A stretch of 64,000 nt of DNA from Minisyncoccota bacterium (GTDB taxonomy: Bacteria > Patescibacteriota > Minisyncoccia > UBA6257 > GWB1-50-10): positions 507-64,506 of the forward strand of contig JBAYJE010000004.1 in assembly GCA_041665265.1 (NCBI GenBank). The letters are read 5' to 3'. Each line of letters opens with the position of its first letter. Position 1 is the first letter of the stretch. Shown in pieces: positions 37,294-46,495 of this stretch. The translations under genes were made by a program, and so were the position numbers. The notes under the pieces are model-generated. The model had not been told where the DNA came from. It did not search any database and was given only the letters and a program-made list of their open reading frames with translations.

Positions 37294-38343
37294 TCAGCGA
37301 ATGGTCCTCTTTATGGCTTGATACACATCCTCACAAAATTTTTCAGTAGTAAAAGGTCGATACTGTTCTGAATTTATATACTTCCAACCGCGTTCGCGCA
37401 TAGCCACGTACTCGCTCGTGTTCACAAAATTTTGCAAATGATGAACTAGCTCATCAAGATTTTTAAAATTATTATAATTAATATATGTGTCACGTGGAAT
37501 ATATTCATCAACATTAGGGGGTGGTAAATATATAGGTATTGTTCCAGTCGCCATAGCCATGAATGGATCATACTCAAAATCACCGGCAGGGATTGAATTC
37601 TGAATGCAAAATGCAAACCAATATTCTGAGAATGTCTCCCATTTATCAGAGGAGATTCCTTTGTAAAGAGTTGAATAAAATGGATTGGAATTTCCCAGTC
37701 CTTTAACATCTTTTGTGTTCCATCCAGGTCCATAGAGATCTAGAAGGCTGTCTCCGCGCGTTTCAAAATATTTAATAATTTTTCTTCTTAAAGAATATAA
37801 TTCTCCTGGCACCGGTGAGGTTTTGTTTGATTGCATAAGCACACAAAGATTTCGCTTTTGGTTGCCAAGAAAATGGGCATGGCGACTTCCCTCAAATGGA
37901 ACGGGAACCTTAAATTCAACAAATTGCTTTGGATGTTTCTTTGCTAAATCACTCGACCAAGAAAGAAATGTTCGGTGAAGCCATCGGTAAAGAAAGAGAT
38001 ACTTCCACGCCCAAGGATTTACAACTCTAGGTTCTAATATAAAAAAAATTACTTTTTTAGGATTAATGAGGTTCTTTAAAATAAAAAGATACCTTCGAAT
38101 TCCCGGTTCGAACATAATCCATATATCTGCTTCCTTACGAGGGTTTTTATATATATCGAAGGTATTAATATCGATATTTTTTTCAAAAAGAAATTGTTTA
38201 AGTGCGGCGTAGCGATTCATTACAGGAAGCCCACCCAATTCCTTACTTACCTGGGACCCCTCATCAAACATTTGATTCTTCATCATGTTTGAATATCCAG
38301 GCTCCACCGCTACTCTTATAAAAGGTTTTTTATTTTTGGACAT
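37294..38343 (-). CDS. Glycosyltransferase family 10-like (fucosyltransferase-like)
   Basis: ELYSLR, DLYG.GW, K......Y.F..CIQN, GTIPIY. Confidence 0.7.
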   Translation of the reverse strand: MSKNKKPFIRVAVEPGYSNMMKNQMFDEGSQVSKELGGLPVMNRYAALKQFLFEKNIDINTFDIYKNPRKEADIWIMFEPGIRRYLFILKNLINPKKVIFFILEPRVVNPWAWKYLFLYRWLHRTFLSWSSDLAKKHPKQFVEFKVPVPFEGSRHAHFLGNQKRNLCVLMQSNKTSPVPGELYSLRRKIIKYFETRGDSLLDLYGPGWNTKDVKGLGNSNPFYSTLYKGISSDKWETFSEYWFAFCIQNSIPAGDFEYDPFMAMATGTIPIYLPPPNVDEYIPRDTYINYNNFKNLDELVHHLQNFVNTSEYVAMRERGWKYINSEQYRPFTTEKFCEDVYQAIKRTIR

Positions 38344-39430
38344 TTACAAAAAAACTTTTTATTTGGTCGCATATAAAATCAATTTCCTCATCAGTGAGCT
38401 TGCTTGCCGAAGGAAGCCACAATCCTTCTTGTGCAACTTCTTCAGCAATTGGATAACTTTTCTTGATGCCATACACGGGCTCTGCGTGAAGTGCGGGATA
38501 AAAAGTTCGGGTACCCACCCCTCTCTGTTTTAAGTATTCTGCCAATAAGTCCCTTTTCCCTTCTTTTATAAGAAGATCGATAAACCATGGCGATGTATTT
38601 TTTGTGTTTGTGGATACAAAAGACACACCTTCAACATTTTTTAAATTCTCATAATAATGCTCATATATTTTTTTCTTTCGCTCAACACGCCAGGGAAGCT
38701 TCTTCATTTGCTCAATTCCAATAACCGCCTGGATATCAGTAAACTTAAAATTCCACCCCATAGTTAAATAGTGATCTGATCCTGGTTTATCACGACCAAA
38801 ATCCCGCATTTTCCTTATGCGGTCAATGAGGGCATCGCTATTAGTAATAAGTGCGCCACCCTGACCTGTGGTAATGACTTTGGGTGCGCTAAACGAAAAA
38901 CTTCCTACGTCTCCGAATGTTCCCAGATGCTTTCCGTTCTTAAATGAACCGAGTGATTGTGCCGCATCTTCGACTACTTTAATATTTCTTTCCTTACACC
39001 AAGAAACGAATTCTTCGATATTTTCTGGATACCGCCCATTTATTGTGACGAGGATGACTGCTTTTGTTTTTGGTGTGACACTCTTCTTCATCTGCTCAAA
39101 ATCCATACACAAATCATTTTTAGTAATATCTACAAAAACAACCTTCGCGCCAGTAAGTGCTACTGAGTTTGCACTCGCAACCATTGTATAATCTGGCACT
39201 AATACCTCGTCCCCTGGCCCCACATCGCACGCAAAAAGCGCGAGAACGAGACTCACGGTGCCGTTTGCAACTACGGAGCAATATTTTGCCCCCGCATATT
39301 CTGCAATCATCTTCTCAAACTCTCTTGTTTTTTGAAACTCAGTAACCCAACCACCACCTCTCATATACACATTAAGTGCTTCGGTTTCCTGCTCATCAAA
39401 CCACGGTTCCATCTGCAAAATAGAGCGCAT
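38330..39430 (-). CDS. DegT/DnrJ/EryC1 sugar aminotransferase (perosamine synthase-like)
   Basis: EDAAQSLGS, SFSAPKVITTGQGG. Confidence 0.92.
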   Translation of the reverse strand: MRSILQMEPWFDEQETEALNVYMRGGGWVTEFQKTREFEKMIAEYAGAKYCSVVANGTVSLVLALFACDVGPGDEVLVPDYTMVASANSVALTGAKVVFVDITKNDLCMDFEQMKKSVTPKTKAVILVTINGRYPENIEEFVSWCKERNIKVVEDAAQSLGSFKNGKHLGTFGDVGSFSFSAPKVITTGQGGALITNSDALIDRIRKMRDFGRDKPGSDHYLTMGWNFKFTDIQAVIGIEQMKKLPWRVERKKKIYEHYYENLKNVEGVSFVSTNTKNTSPWFIDLLIKEGKRDLLAEYLKQRGVGTRTFYPALHAEPVYGIKKSYPIAEEVAQEGLWLPSASKLTDEEIDFICDQIKSFFVNVQK

Positions 39431-39434
39431 GCGA

Positions 39435-40010
39435 TTATTTTTTTACAGCTTCCACATTTAAGCTGATCAATATCCCCTTTTTTTCATCCATATGAGGAAC
39501 GTATGCCCTTGAATAGTCATCATGGTCTTTATGAATTCGATTCTTCCAATTATATTTTTTCACTTTTGTAAATCCGTTTTCTTCCAAAAGTTTCTTTAAA
39601 CTTTTAAAATCGTATGTTGTTTTGTGATACACAATTTTCGTCGTACCAGGAATTTGCCACCGACCAAAAAGTGGACCCAAAATCCCTTGATGGTCGAGGT
39701 TCTTTCCATATTTTATATACACTCTTACCATTGCCTCAAAATCAGGAACCGCTAATCGAAGTATTCCATTCCTTTTTAATGTTCTTCTCCATTCCTTTAG
39801 AACATTTATTGCCTCGAGGCGATCAAAATACTCGAATGAATGAGAACTATAAATTAGGTCAACGGATCCAGTTTTAAAAATAGAAAGATTATCAATTGGG
39901 CGACGATAATGAATATGAGAAAATCGAGCAAGATCAACGTTAATAAATCCAGGAATGTCTCTTTTCCCACATCCGAGATGTAATTGTAGTGGTGCCTTAG
40001 TTTTGTTCAT
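39435..40010 (-). CDS. SAM-dependent methyltransferase-domain protein
   Basis: LHLGCG, GFINVD, EWRRTLK.NG.LRLAVPD. Confidence 0.85.
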   Translation of the reverse strand: MNKTKAPLQLHLGCGKRDIPGFINVDLARFSHIHYRRPIDNLSIFKTGSVDLIYSSHSFEYFDRLEAINVLKEWRRTLKRNGILRLAVPDFEAMVRVYIKYGKNLDHQGILGPLFGRWQIPGTTKIVYHKTTYDFKSLKKLLEENGFTKVKKYNWKNRIHKDHDDYSRAYVPHMDEKKGILISLNVEAVKK

Positions 40011-40830
40011 GATGTTCATCAAGAGGGTGAGGAATTGTTACTTGCTCCCCTACTACACATGTATTTCTTACCACCTCTGCATCTTCTTCATTTCGACAAA
40101 ATATTGCATTCGAAGGATTGGTACAACATTCAACATATCCAAGCTCCTTCATAATTCTCTCAACTGGCTCTCGTTTTATAGAAATTTCTGCAATGATCAC
40201 GCGTGGCATGTATTTTTTTACATCGAAACCCCCAAATACATCTTCTTCGGTCCCTTCTGTGTCGAGAGAAAGTAAATCAATTGATATTGGAACATGATGC
40301 TTTTCAAATACTGAATTGAGCGTTACTTGAGGAACTTGTATTGTCTTAAATCCACCAAAAAAGGATCCGTAATGGGCTCTAAAAAAACCTTCGAGGCTTT
40401 TATCCAATGTCGACATTGACCCTCGATAATTTGTATAAAAATCCACCGCGTCTTTGTCTGTTCCTCCCGCCGCAGCGCGTATTAAAATTGAGCCAGGACG
40501 GTTGTGCTGCAATAAAGAAAAATAGTCTGGATGAGGCTCTATGCAAATACCCTTCCACCCCATGCGCTCAAATAAATATGTGTTACTAAAACGAATTCCC
40601 TCCATTGCACCAACCTCGACGAAGTACCCATCTTTTTTTCCACTAAAAAGGTTCTTTAGCTTCGCATCCTCTCCATATTGCCCATAAAACCTATGGCTTT
40701 TCATCCAAGAAGAGGGGTAAGAATACGCGCTATTTGCATCTACTAAAAGCGGCCTATCCACACCCAACATTCTCCGCGTCGCACATTTCACAGATTCAGG
40801 TACAATTTTTTTTACAAAGTTTTTGAGCAT
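39997..40830 (-). CDS. FkbM family methyltransferase
   Basis: GQYGED, FVEVGA.EG...SNT, LSLDTEG. Confidence 0.88.
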   Translation of the reverse strand: MLKNFVKKIVPESVKCATRRMLGVDRPLLVDANSAYSYPSSWMKSHRFYGQYGEDAKLKNLFSGKKDGYFVEVGAMEGIRFSNTYLFERMGWKGICIEPHPDYFSLLQHNRPGSILIRAAAGGTDKDAVDFYTNYRGSMSTLDKSLEGFFRAHYGSFFGGFKTIQVPQVTLNSVFEKHHVPISIDLLSLDTEGTEEDVFGGFDVKKYMPRVIIAEISIKREPVERIMKELGYVECCTNPSNAIFCRNEEDAEVVRNTCVVGEQVTIPHPLDEHHEQN

Positions 40831-40844
40831 AATAGATAATTACG

Positions 40845-41234
40845 TTATTTATCAAATACTATCTTATCTTCTATAAATGGACCGTTTTTAAACTCCATCA
40901 TTTCAGCATCCTCAAGTATTTCAATCCCAATACCTCCATCAACAATAAGAATTCCTTGTCCTTTTCCTAACTCGATTTTTTCAACAAAAGAGCCCTCACG
41001 AGTATAAGCAGTAATCGCAACACGACCAGAAAAAACAATGAGTGCCTCCACAAGGGTTTTTGTTGTCCTCTCTTTGGGAGAATGGGAATGGGAAACTAGT
41101 TTTTTTCCTTTTGGATGCTTAAGTGCAATAACCTGAAGTGCTAGTTGTTCATCAGTAAGTGGTCGTGTCCCATCTTCAAATACACCATCAAAAACCATTG
41201 CGACAAGCAATTCACCGCTTTTAATCATTTTCAT
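40845..41234 (-). CDS. Cupin-like nucleotide-sugar modifying protein
   Basis: SHSH....R......E.L....G, EFKNGPF. Confidence 0.6.
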   Translation of the reverse strand: MKMIKSGELLVAMVFDGVFEDGTRPLTDEQLALQVIALKHPKGKKLVSHSHSPKERTTKTLVEALIVFSGRVAITAYTREGSFVEKIELGKGQGILIVDGGIGIEILEDAEMMEFKNGPFIEDKIVFDK

Positions 41235-42211
41235 ATTGAAATGTATGTGTCTTTTTTACTTTCGATATCATTTTTTAACATTTCTCTTAACACTCCTTTC
41301 CAGTCATATTCCGGGCTCCATCCCAATGCGCGAATCTTACTTGCGTCTCCCTGAAGATACGGGACCTCATTCGGACGAAAATATTTTTTATCTATCTCTA
41401 CATACTTCTGCCACTCAAGGCCGACCTCATGAAAACAGAATTCAAGTGCCTCCTTAATACTATGAGCCTCTCCTGTAGCAACCACGAAATCGCCTGGCTT
41501 TTCCTGTTGCATCATAAGATAAATTGCTCTCATGTAATCTTTTGAATGTCCCCAGTCACGAATCGCATCAAGATTTCCAAATGGTATTTTTTTAATTTCC
41601 CCGCGTAGTAATGCTGCTATACTTCTTGTAATCTTTCGTGTTACAAATGTTTCCCCTCTTCGTGGACTTTCGTGATTAAAAAGAATCCCATTTACCGCAA
41701 ACAAGCCATATCCTTCGCGATAAATTCTCGTGAGGTGGAATGCTCCCAACTTTGAAACACCATAAGGACTTTGTGGTCTAAACTCTGAATTCTCATTAAA
41801 CGGGGGTGGGGTACGCGGAGCTCCAAACATCTCAGAACTTGAGGCTTGATAATATTTCGTCTGTGGAGCGTGTACTCGAAGATACTCCAAAATACTTACA
41901 GGGCCAAGAGTGTTTGCAGCAAGCGTGAAATAGGGAACATCGAACGAAACCCGCACTTGACTCATTGCACCAAGATTGTAAATCTCGTCAGGTTTAAATT
42001 CTTGAATAAGATTATGCATCGAAACGGGGTCGGTAAGATCTCCATATTTCGTATCAAAATTTTCGTTCTTATACAAAGAATCAATTCGTGAAGTATTAAA
42101 ATTACTTGACCTTCGTTGTACGCCACAGACACGATATCCCTTTTCAAGAAGTAGCTCAGAAAGATAGCTTCCGTCTTGACCTGTCACTCCAGTAATCAGT
42201 GCCTTTTTCAT
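41231..42211 (-). CDS. gmd: GDP-mannose 4,6-dehydratase
   Basis: LITGVTGQDGSYL, QASSSE, SPYGVSK, FNHESPRRGETFVTRKIT. Confidence 0.96.
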   Translation of the reverse strand: MKKALITGVTGQDGSYLSELLLEKGYRVCGVQRRSSNFNTSRIDSLYKNENFDTKYGDLTDPVSMHNLIQEFKPDEIYNLGAMSQVRVSFDVPYFTLAANTLGPVSILEYLRVHAPQTKYYQASSSEMFGAPRTPPPFNENSEFRPQSPYGVSKLGAFHLTRIYREGYGLFAVNGILFNHESPRRGETFVTRKITRSIAALLRGEIKKIPFGNLDAIRDWGHSKDYMRAIYLMMQQEKPGDFVVATGEAHSIKEALEFCFHEVGLEWQKYVEIDKKYFRPNEVPYLQGDASKIRALGWSPEYDWKGVLREMLKNDIESKKDTYISI

Positions 42212-42252
42212 GTTTTTAATAATAATCTCAAAAAAATACAAGGTCAAACAAA

Positions 42253-43005
42253 CTAAGAATATTTTTTTGCAATTAATTCATCAGAATTCTCTACCAGAGC
42301 GCCGGAGAACATAGGCACTACCTCATACCCAAGTTCCTCCAATAAAGTGACGCATTTCTGTCTTGATGTTTTTCCATGAATTGCGAGCAATATTGTGGGA
42401 TAAAATTCCTTTAAAATCTTATATGCGCCACGCAAGACTTCAAACTCTGCCCCCTCCACATCTATCTTTATAACATTAGGGGGTGCTATTTTCTTTTCTT
42501 CTAAAAGATGGTCGAGGGTGACAATGCGAACACTAAGAGATCCCCCCGAAGGAGAAAGCATTCCCGTAAAGGTACTTTCCCCTTCTTTAAATAAGGAGAA
42601 TCCTTCGGTGTCTCCTACTGCGGCCTCTATAACTGTCACGTTTTTGCACCCATTCAGTAAGGTGTGTTTCCGCAAGTAATTAGCATTTAAAGGAAATGGT
42701 TCAAATGAATACACCAATCCGTCTCTCCCGGAAAGAAAAGATGCAAGAAGTGTATAAAACCCAACATGAGCTCCTATGTCATACACCACACTCCCTCTTT
42801 TTATCGCTTCAACGAACTTAGTCTGCAGAGGTAATTCATAAGATCCTAACCAATATCCATTCACTCCCGATCCTTTTATCCATTTTTTTCCGAATAAGGG
42901 CCCTCTTAATATTCTCATCACACAGCCCGGAGGAATTATCATCAACAATGACCTTAGAAGCCTTCCAAGGAAACTTTTTGTGGAAATATTTGAAAAATTA
43001 ACCAT
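42253..43005 (-). CDS. FkbM family methyltransferase
   Basis: DIGAHVG, FEP, KIDVEGAE. Confidence 0.9.
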   Translation of the reverse strand: MVNFSNISTKSFLGRLLRSLLMIIPPGCVMRILRGPLFGKKWIKGSGVNGYWLGSYELPLQTKFVEAIKRGSVVYDIGAHVGFYTLLASFLSGRDGLVYSFEPFPLNANYLRKHTLLNGCKNVTVIEAAVGDTEGFSLFKEGESTFTGMLSPSGGSLSVRIVTLDHLLEEKKIAPPNVIKIDVEGAEFEVLRGAYKILKEFYPTILLAIHGKTSRQKCVTLLEELGYEVVPMFSGALVENSDELIAKKYS

Positions 43006-44197
43006 GTTTTATTGAAGAAACCGCTTTAATAATGCCCTCAATGTCTTTTTCTTGACTATATCCTTGAATAATTTGAAACGACCTTAAACCAAAGCGCTCC
43101 CGCACTTCTTGGTTTGATACAATTTTTAAAATTGCTCCCGCAAGATCGTCTATGTTATCAAGTTGAGTGATATATCCATTTTCTCCAATACGAACCAAAT
43201 CGGAGCCACATCCCACTACATCAGAAACAACAACAGGAAGAGAAAAACACATCGCTTCATTTACCACCATTCCCCATGTCTCACCAACCCCCGAAGGCAA
43301 AACAAAAACATCAGCCATACTCATATATTGATACACCTTATCTTTTGTTTGGAAGCCAGCAAAATGAACTTTCTCTAAGTGAGCTCCCTTCGCATACAAC
43401 TCGAGACTACTTCGTAATGCCCCATCCCCCACAAACGCAAGCGTTGGAATTTGAGTGAATACATTGCCCTTCACTATTTTTTCATATGCTTTAAGAAGAT
43501 TGAGAGGTCTCTTTTTCTCTATAAGTTTTCCCACGAATAAAATGAGTGGGGCCTTTGAATCTATCCCACACTGCTCACGCAATTCATTTTTTCTAGACTG
43601 GAAAACATGCGCTTTTTCAATACACAACTCGTTATTTGTAGCATACGGTGCAAAAAAAAGTTTGCGGGGAGGGACCCCAAAAAATTCATAAAATTTTTTA
43701 TTTTCGTTTCCTATATATAAAAATCCAGTTGCTATCTTAAAAAGATTTTTAAGTATGAAACGTTTTATGTTTTTAAGCGCTCCTCTTTTTATTATTTCTT
43801 GATGTAGTGGGTTTTCCCCCCAAATAAATATCGGGGTGCGCATAAAAAAGCACACCAGAAAGGCAAACCAGAAAGTAGGTACATTCCACCCATATACCAA
43901 AACTGCATCATACTTATTCTTCAAAAGCTCTGTAATAATTCCAACATTCACCCACATATCATTCTTCTCGGAAATCTTCTGCGGAAGAAGATTTTTTAAA
44001 AAAATGTGCGGATATCCATCAAGAACCCCTTCTCCCCAATTAACTTGCGTGTTAAATTCGCTATCATAATCAAACTTTCCCACCCCGATGTCAGTACAAT
44101 AATATACAGTAGATTCTAAAAAAGAGTTGTGTGCAATTTTTTTGAAAAGAGGGGCATTTGTAGGACCTGCGCGAGCTATCAAAATGGCAATTTTCAT
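42998..44197 (-). CDS. Glycosyltransferase family 4
   Basis: FVGKL..KK, ETWGMVVNEAM. Confidence 0.9.
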   Translation of the reverse strand: MKIAILIARAGPTNAPLFKKIAHNSFLESTVYYCTDIGVGKFDYDSEFNTQVNWGEGVLDGYPHIFLKNLLPQKISEKNDMWVNVGIITELLKNKYDAVLVYGWNVPTFWFAFLVCFFMRTPIFIWGENPLHQEIIKRGALKNIKRFILKNLFKIATGFLYIGNENKKFYEFFGVPPRKLFFAPYATNNELCIEKAHVFQSRKNELREQCGIDSKAPLILFVGKLIEKKRPLNLLKAYEKIVKGNVFTQIPTLAFVGDGALRSSLELYAKGAHLEKVHFAGFQTKDKVYQYMSMADVFVLPSGVGETWGMVVNEAMCFSLPVVVSDVVGCGSDLVRIGENGYITQLDNIDDLAGAILKIVSNQEVRERFGLRSFQIIQGYSQEKDIEGIIKAVSSIKHG

Positions 44198-44457
44198 AAT
44201 AGTAAATCTAAATTTCTGAAGTCGACGCCTGTAAAAACTTTACCTTGCGAACTCACACACATTCAAGTATATTTTTTTGTTCCTTCAATGCGTATAAGAA
44301 AAACAGCAAAAGAATCTCACTAACAAGACATCGAATTCTTCCCAAAAGGGGGGTGTTCCGCGAGATGAGACCTAAAAAATCCCGCGCCACCATTAATAAT
44401 TATTTTTCTCTTCATACTCCTCCTATAATAGGCTTTATCTAATCATCTTGAATGACT

Positions 44458-45021
44458 CTATTTTTGAAGTAAACTCTTAACCTTCTCATCGTTTGGCCAA
44501 TATTTAAGGATTTCTTCGCTTATTTTCTGAATATTCTCCTCATCTCCCTTTGCAGAATACAATCCAAGAAAACCGTATAAAACTGGTGGAAGTTGTGGGC
44601 CAATTCTTTTTGCTTTCTTTAAATAATTTTCGGCTATTACAAAATCTTCGCTATGTCCAAACTTTTGCCAAAGAATAGAATGTAGCCTGCTCCCATTCAA
44701 TAAATGAATTACGCTGTTTGCAAAAAGATGAGGTTCGAGGTAATCAACAAGCGCCCTCGACGCCTCCTCGGACATATTCTCCTGAAAAATAATTTCTGAG
44801 ATGTCATTGCTTAAAAATTTTATAACCTCTTCATCTCCCACAGGCGAATTAAAAAAGACCGGTGTATCAAATATCGTTTTAAACTCTCCTACAGATCTCG
44901 CCGTTTGAACCTTACCCAACGCGCCAATATAGCTCGATGCTTTTACAAGTGGTTTATATGCTCCATAAATCAAACTTAATGTCGCCAAGATAATTCCAAT
45001 AACAATGATAATTGATCTCAT
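44458..45021 (-). CDS. Membrane-anchored helical (TPR-like) protein
   Basis: N-terminal TM, A..YL.KA..I.P helical repeat pattern. Confidence 0.6.
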   Translation of the reverse strand: MRSIIIVIGIILATLSLIYGAYKPLVKASSYIGALGKVQTARSVGEFKTIFDTPVFFNSPVGDEEVIKFLSNDISEIIFQENMSEEASRALVDYLEPHLFANSVIHLLNGSRLHSILWQKFGHSEDFVIAENYLKKAKRIGPQLPPVLYGFLGLYSAKGDEENIQKISEEILKYWPNDEKVKSLLQK

Positions 45022-45025
45022 ATAA

Positions 45026-46384
45026 TTATTTATTTTTTGTTCGTGTTCCGTTATTTAATTCAGGCGACTGAAACTGATAAACACCAAACGCTAAGACAAG
45101 AAATACATTTAAATAAATTGGGGACACATCAAAAAGCACAATTCCCTGCACAAGATATGCAACAAGTATGGAAAAGATGAGTGTCTGCTCAAGAATAGAT
45201 TTTGAACTAAGCACCGAGTTGTTTTTTCGTTTTTTCCAAAATTGCATATAAAATACTACAAATATTCCTAGAAAACTAACAAGCCCAAGAGCGCCCGTCT
45301 CTACTAAATAATCAAAGTAAATGCTATGAGCCCTATCAAACCACGCACCAAACCCCTCACTTGGTTTAAAATAATTTAAATCCATGTGTCTCTCAAACAC
45401 CCGAATATAATTTTCAGGCCCCCAACCAAGCAAAGGACGGTCCTTAAAACCTTCGATGGCGGTATGCCACATATATGTGCGATGTTCAAATGTTTCCGCC
45501 GTAATAGAAATATCAAAAATACGAGAGCCGGGGAGAGACTTGATAAAAGGTGTGTCTTTTAATTTTATGAACGTTCCCACAATAAGCAGAAGAGCAATCA
45601 TAGCCCCAATCCCCCACTTTCTCAGTCGTTCTTTGGAAAAGACTATATATCCAATGCCTACAAGCAACGATGCGATAAGTCCCACAAATGCGCCTCGCGT
45701 TGCCGCCATATAAAACGTTATAAGAGAGATAGCCGATACCAAATAAAGCACAATAGCACCAAAAGAAGATAGTCTCGTGCGATATTTGCTTACCAAAATA
45801 TACCCCGCATAGAAAAGCATAAAGATGGCATATGCCGCCGCATATGCAGAATTTCCAATAGAACCCGAGAAACGATATCCGGGTTGCGAAAACTTACCAC
45901 CGATATATCCGCCAATCTCTGCATTTGCTAAATATCCGTACAAAATCATTAAAAGCCCACCAACAAGAGAAAATCCAAACAACTTTTGCCAATCTTTTTC
46001 TTCTTTAAAAAGAGTTGCGAGAAGTGTAAACCAAATCCAAAAATGAATGAGTTGAAGGCCTCCCTCACCACGTTCAAAATTTGACCAGAAGGACATCTTA
46101 GGGTCAACACCAAAAAATCCCGCCAAAAGAAAAATAAACACAAAGAGTGATACCGCGATTACTAAAGGTTGCTTTAAAACAAATTTAACTCTGTTCCACA
46201 TCAACGACTGATTATCGTAAAACAAGAGTCCAAGAAGGAACAAAATAAGAGCAATATCAACCGTAGAGCGAAACCATACATATTTTCCTACTATAAAAGG
46301 GAATAAGGTTGAGGTCGTTACGATAAAAATTCCTAATACAGGAAATAAGAGAAAAAACTTAGAAACCTTAAAATAATTAAACAT
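45026..46384 (-). CDS. O-antigen ligase / O-oligosaccharyltransferase family (Wzy_C) protein
   Basis: Multi-TM; TRGA, R...W..A......RPLLGWG, DRAHS..FD...E.G. Confidence 0.88.
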   Translation of the reverse strand: MFNYFKVSKFFLLFPVLGIFIVTTSTLFPFIVGKYVWFRSTVDIALILFLLGLLFYDNQSLMWNRVKFVLKQPLVIAVSLFVFIFLLAGFFGVDPKMSFWSNFERGEGGLQLIHFWIWFTLLATLFKEEKDWQKLFGFSLVGGLLMILYGYLANAEIGGYIGGKFSQPGYRFSGSIGNSAYAAAYAIFMLFYAGYILVSKYRTRLSSFGAIVLYLVSAISLITFYMAATRGAFVGLIASLLVGIGYIVFSKERLRKWGIGAMIALLLIVGTFIKLKDTPFIKSLPGSRIFDISITAETFEHRTYMWHTAIEGFKDRPLLGWGPENYIRVFERHMDLNYFKPSEGFGAWFDRAHSIYFDYLVETGALGLVSFLGIFVVFYMQFWKKRKNNSVLSSKSILEQTLIFSILVAYLVQGIVLFDVSPIYLNVFLVLAFGVYQFQSPELNNGTRTKNK

Positions 46385-46424
46385 GTAACGTTCAGTTTAC
46401 TGCACCATTTATTAAAACTCAATA

Positions 46425-46459
46425 GAATCAAAAAACCCCCGAAGGGGTTTTTTTGATTC
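46425..46459. terminator. Bidirectional terminator after the S-layer-like gene
   Basis: GAATCAAAAAACCCC-cgaa-GGGGTTTTTTTGATTC. Confidence 0.8.
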
Positions 46460-46495
46460 AGTTGTATGCTACTGAAAAACCAAGTAAGAAGACTA

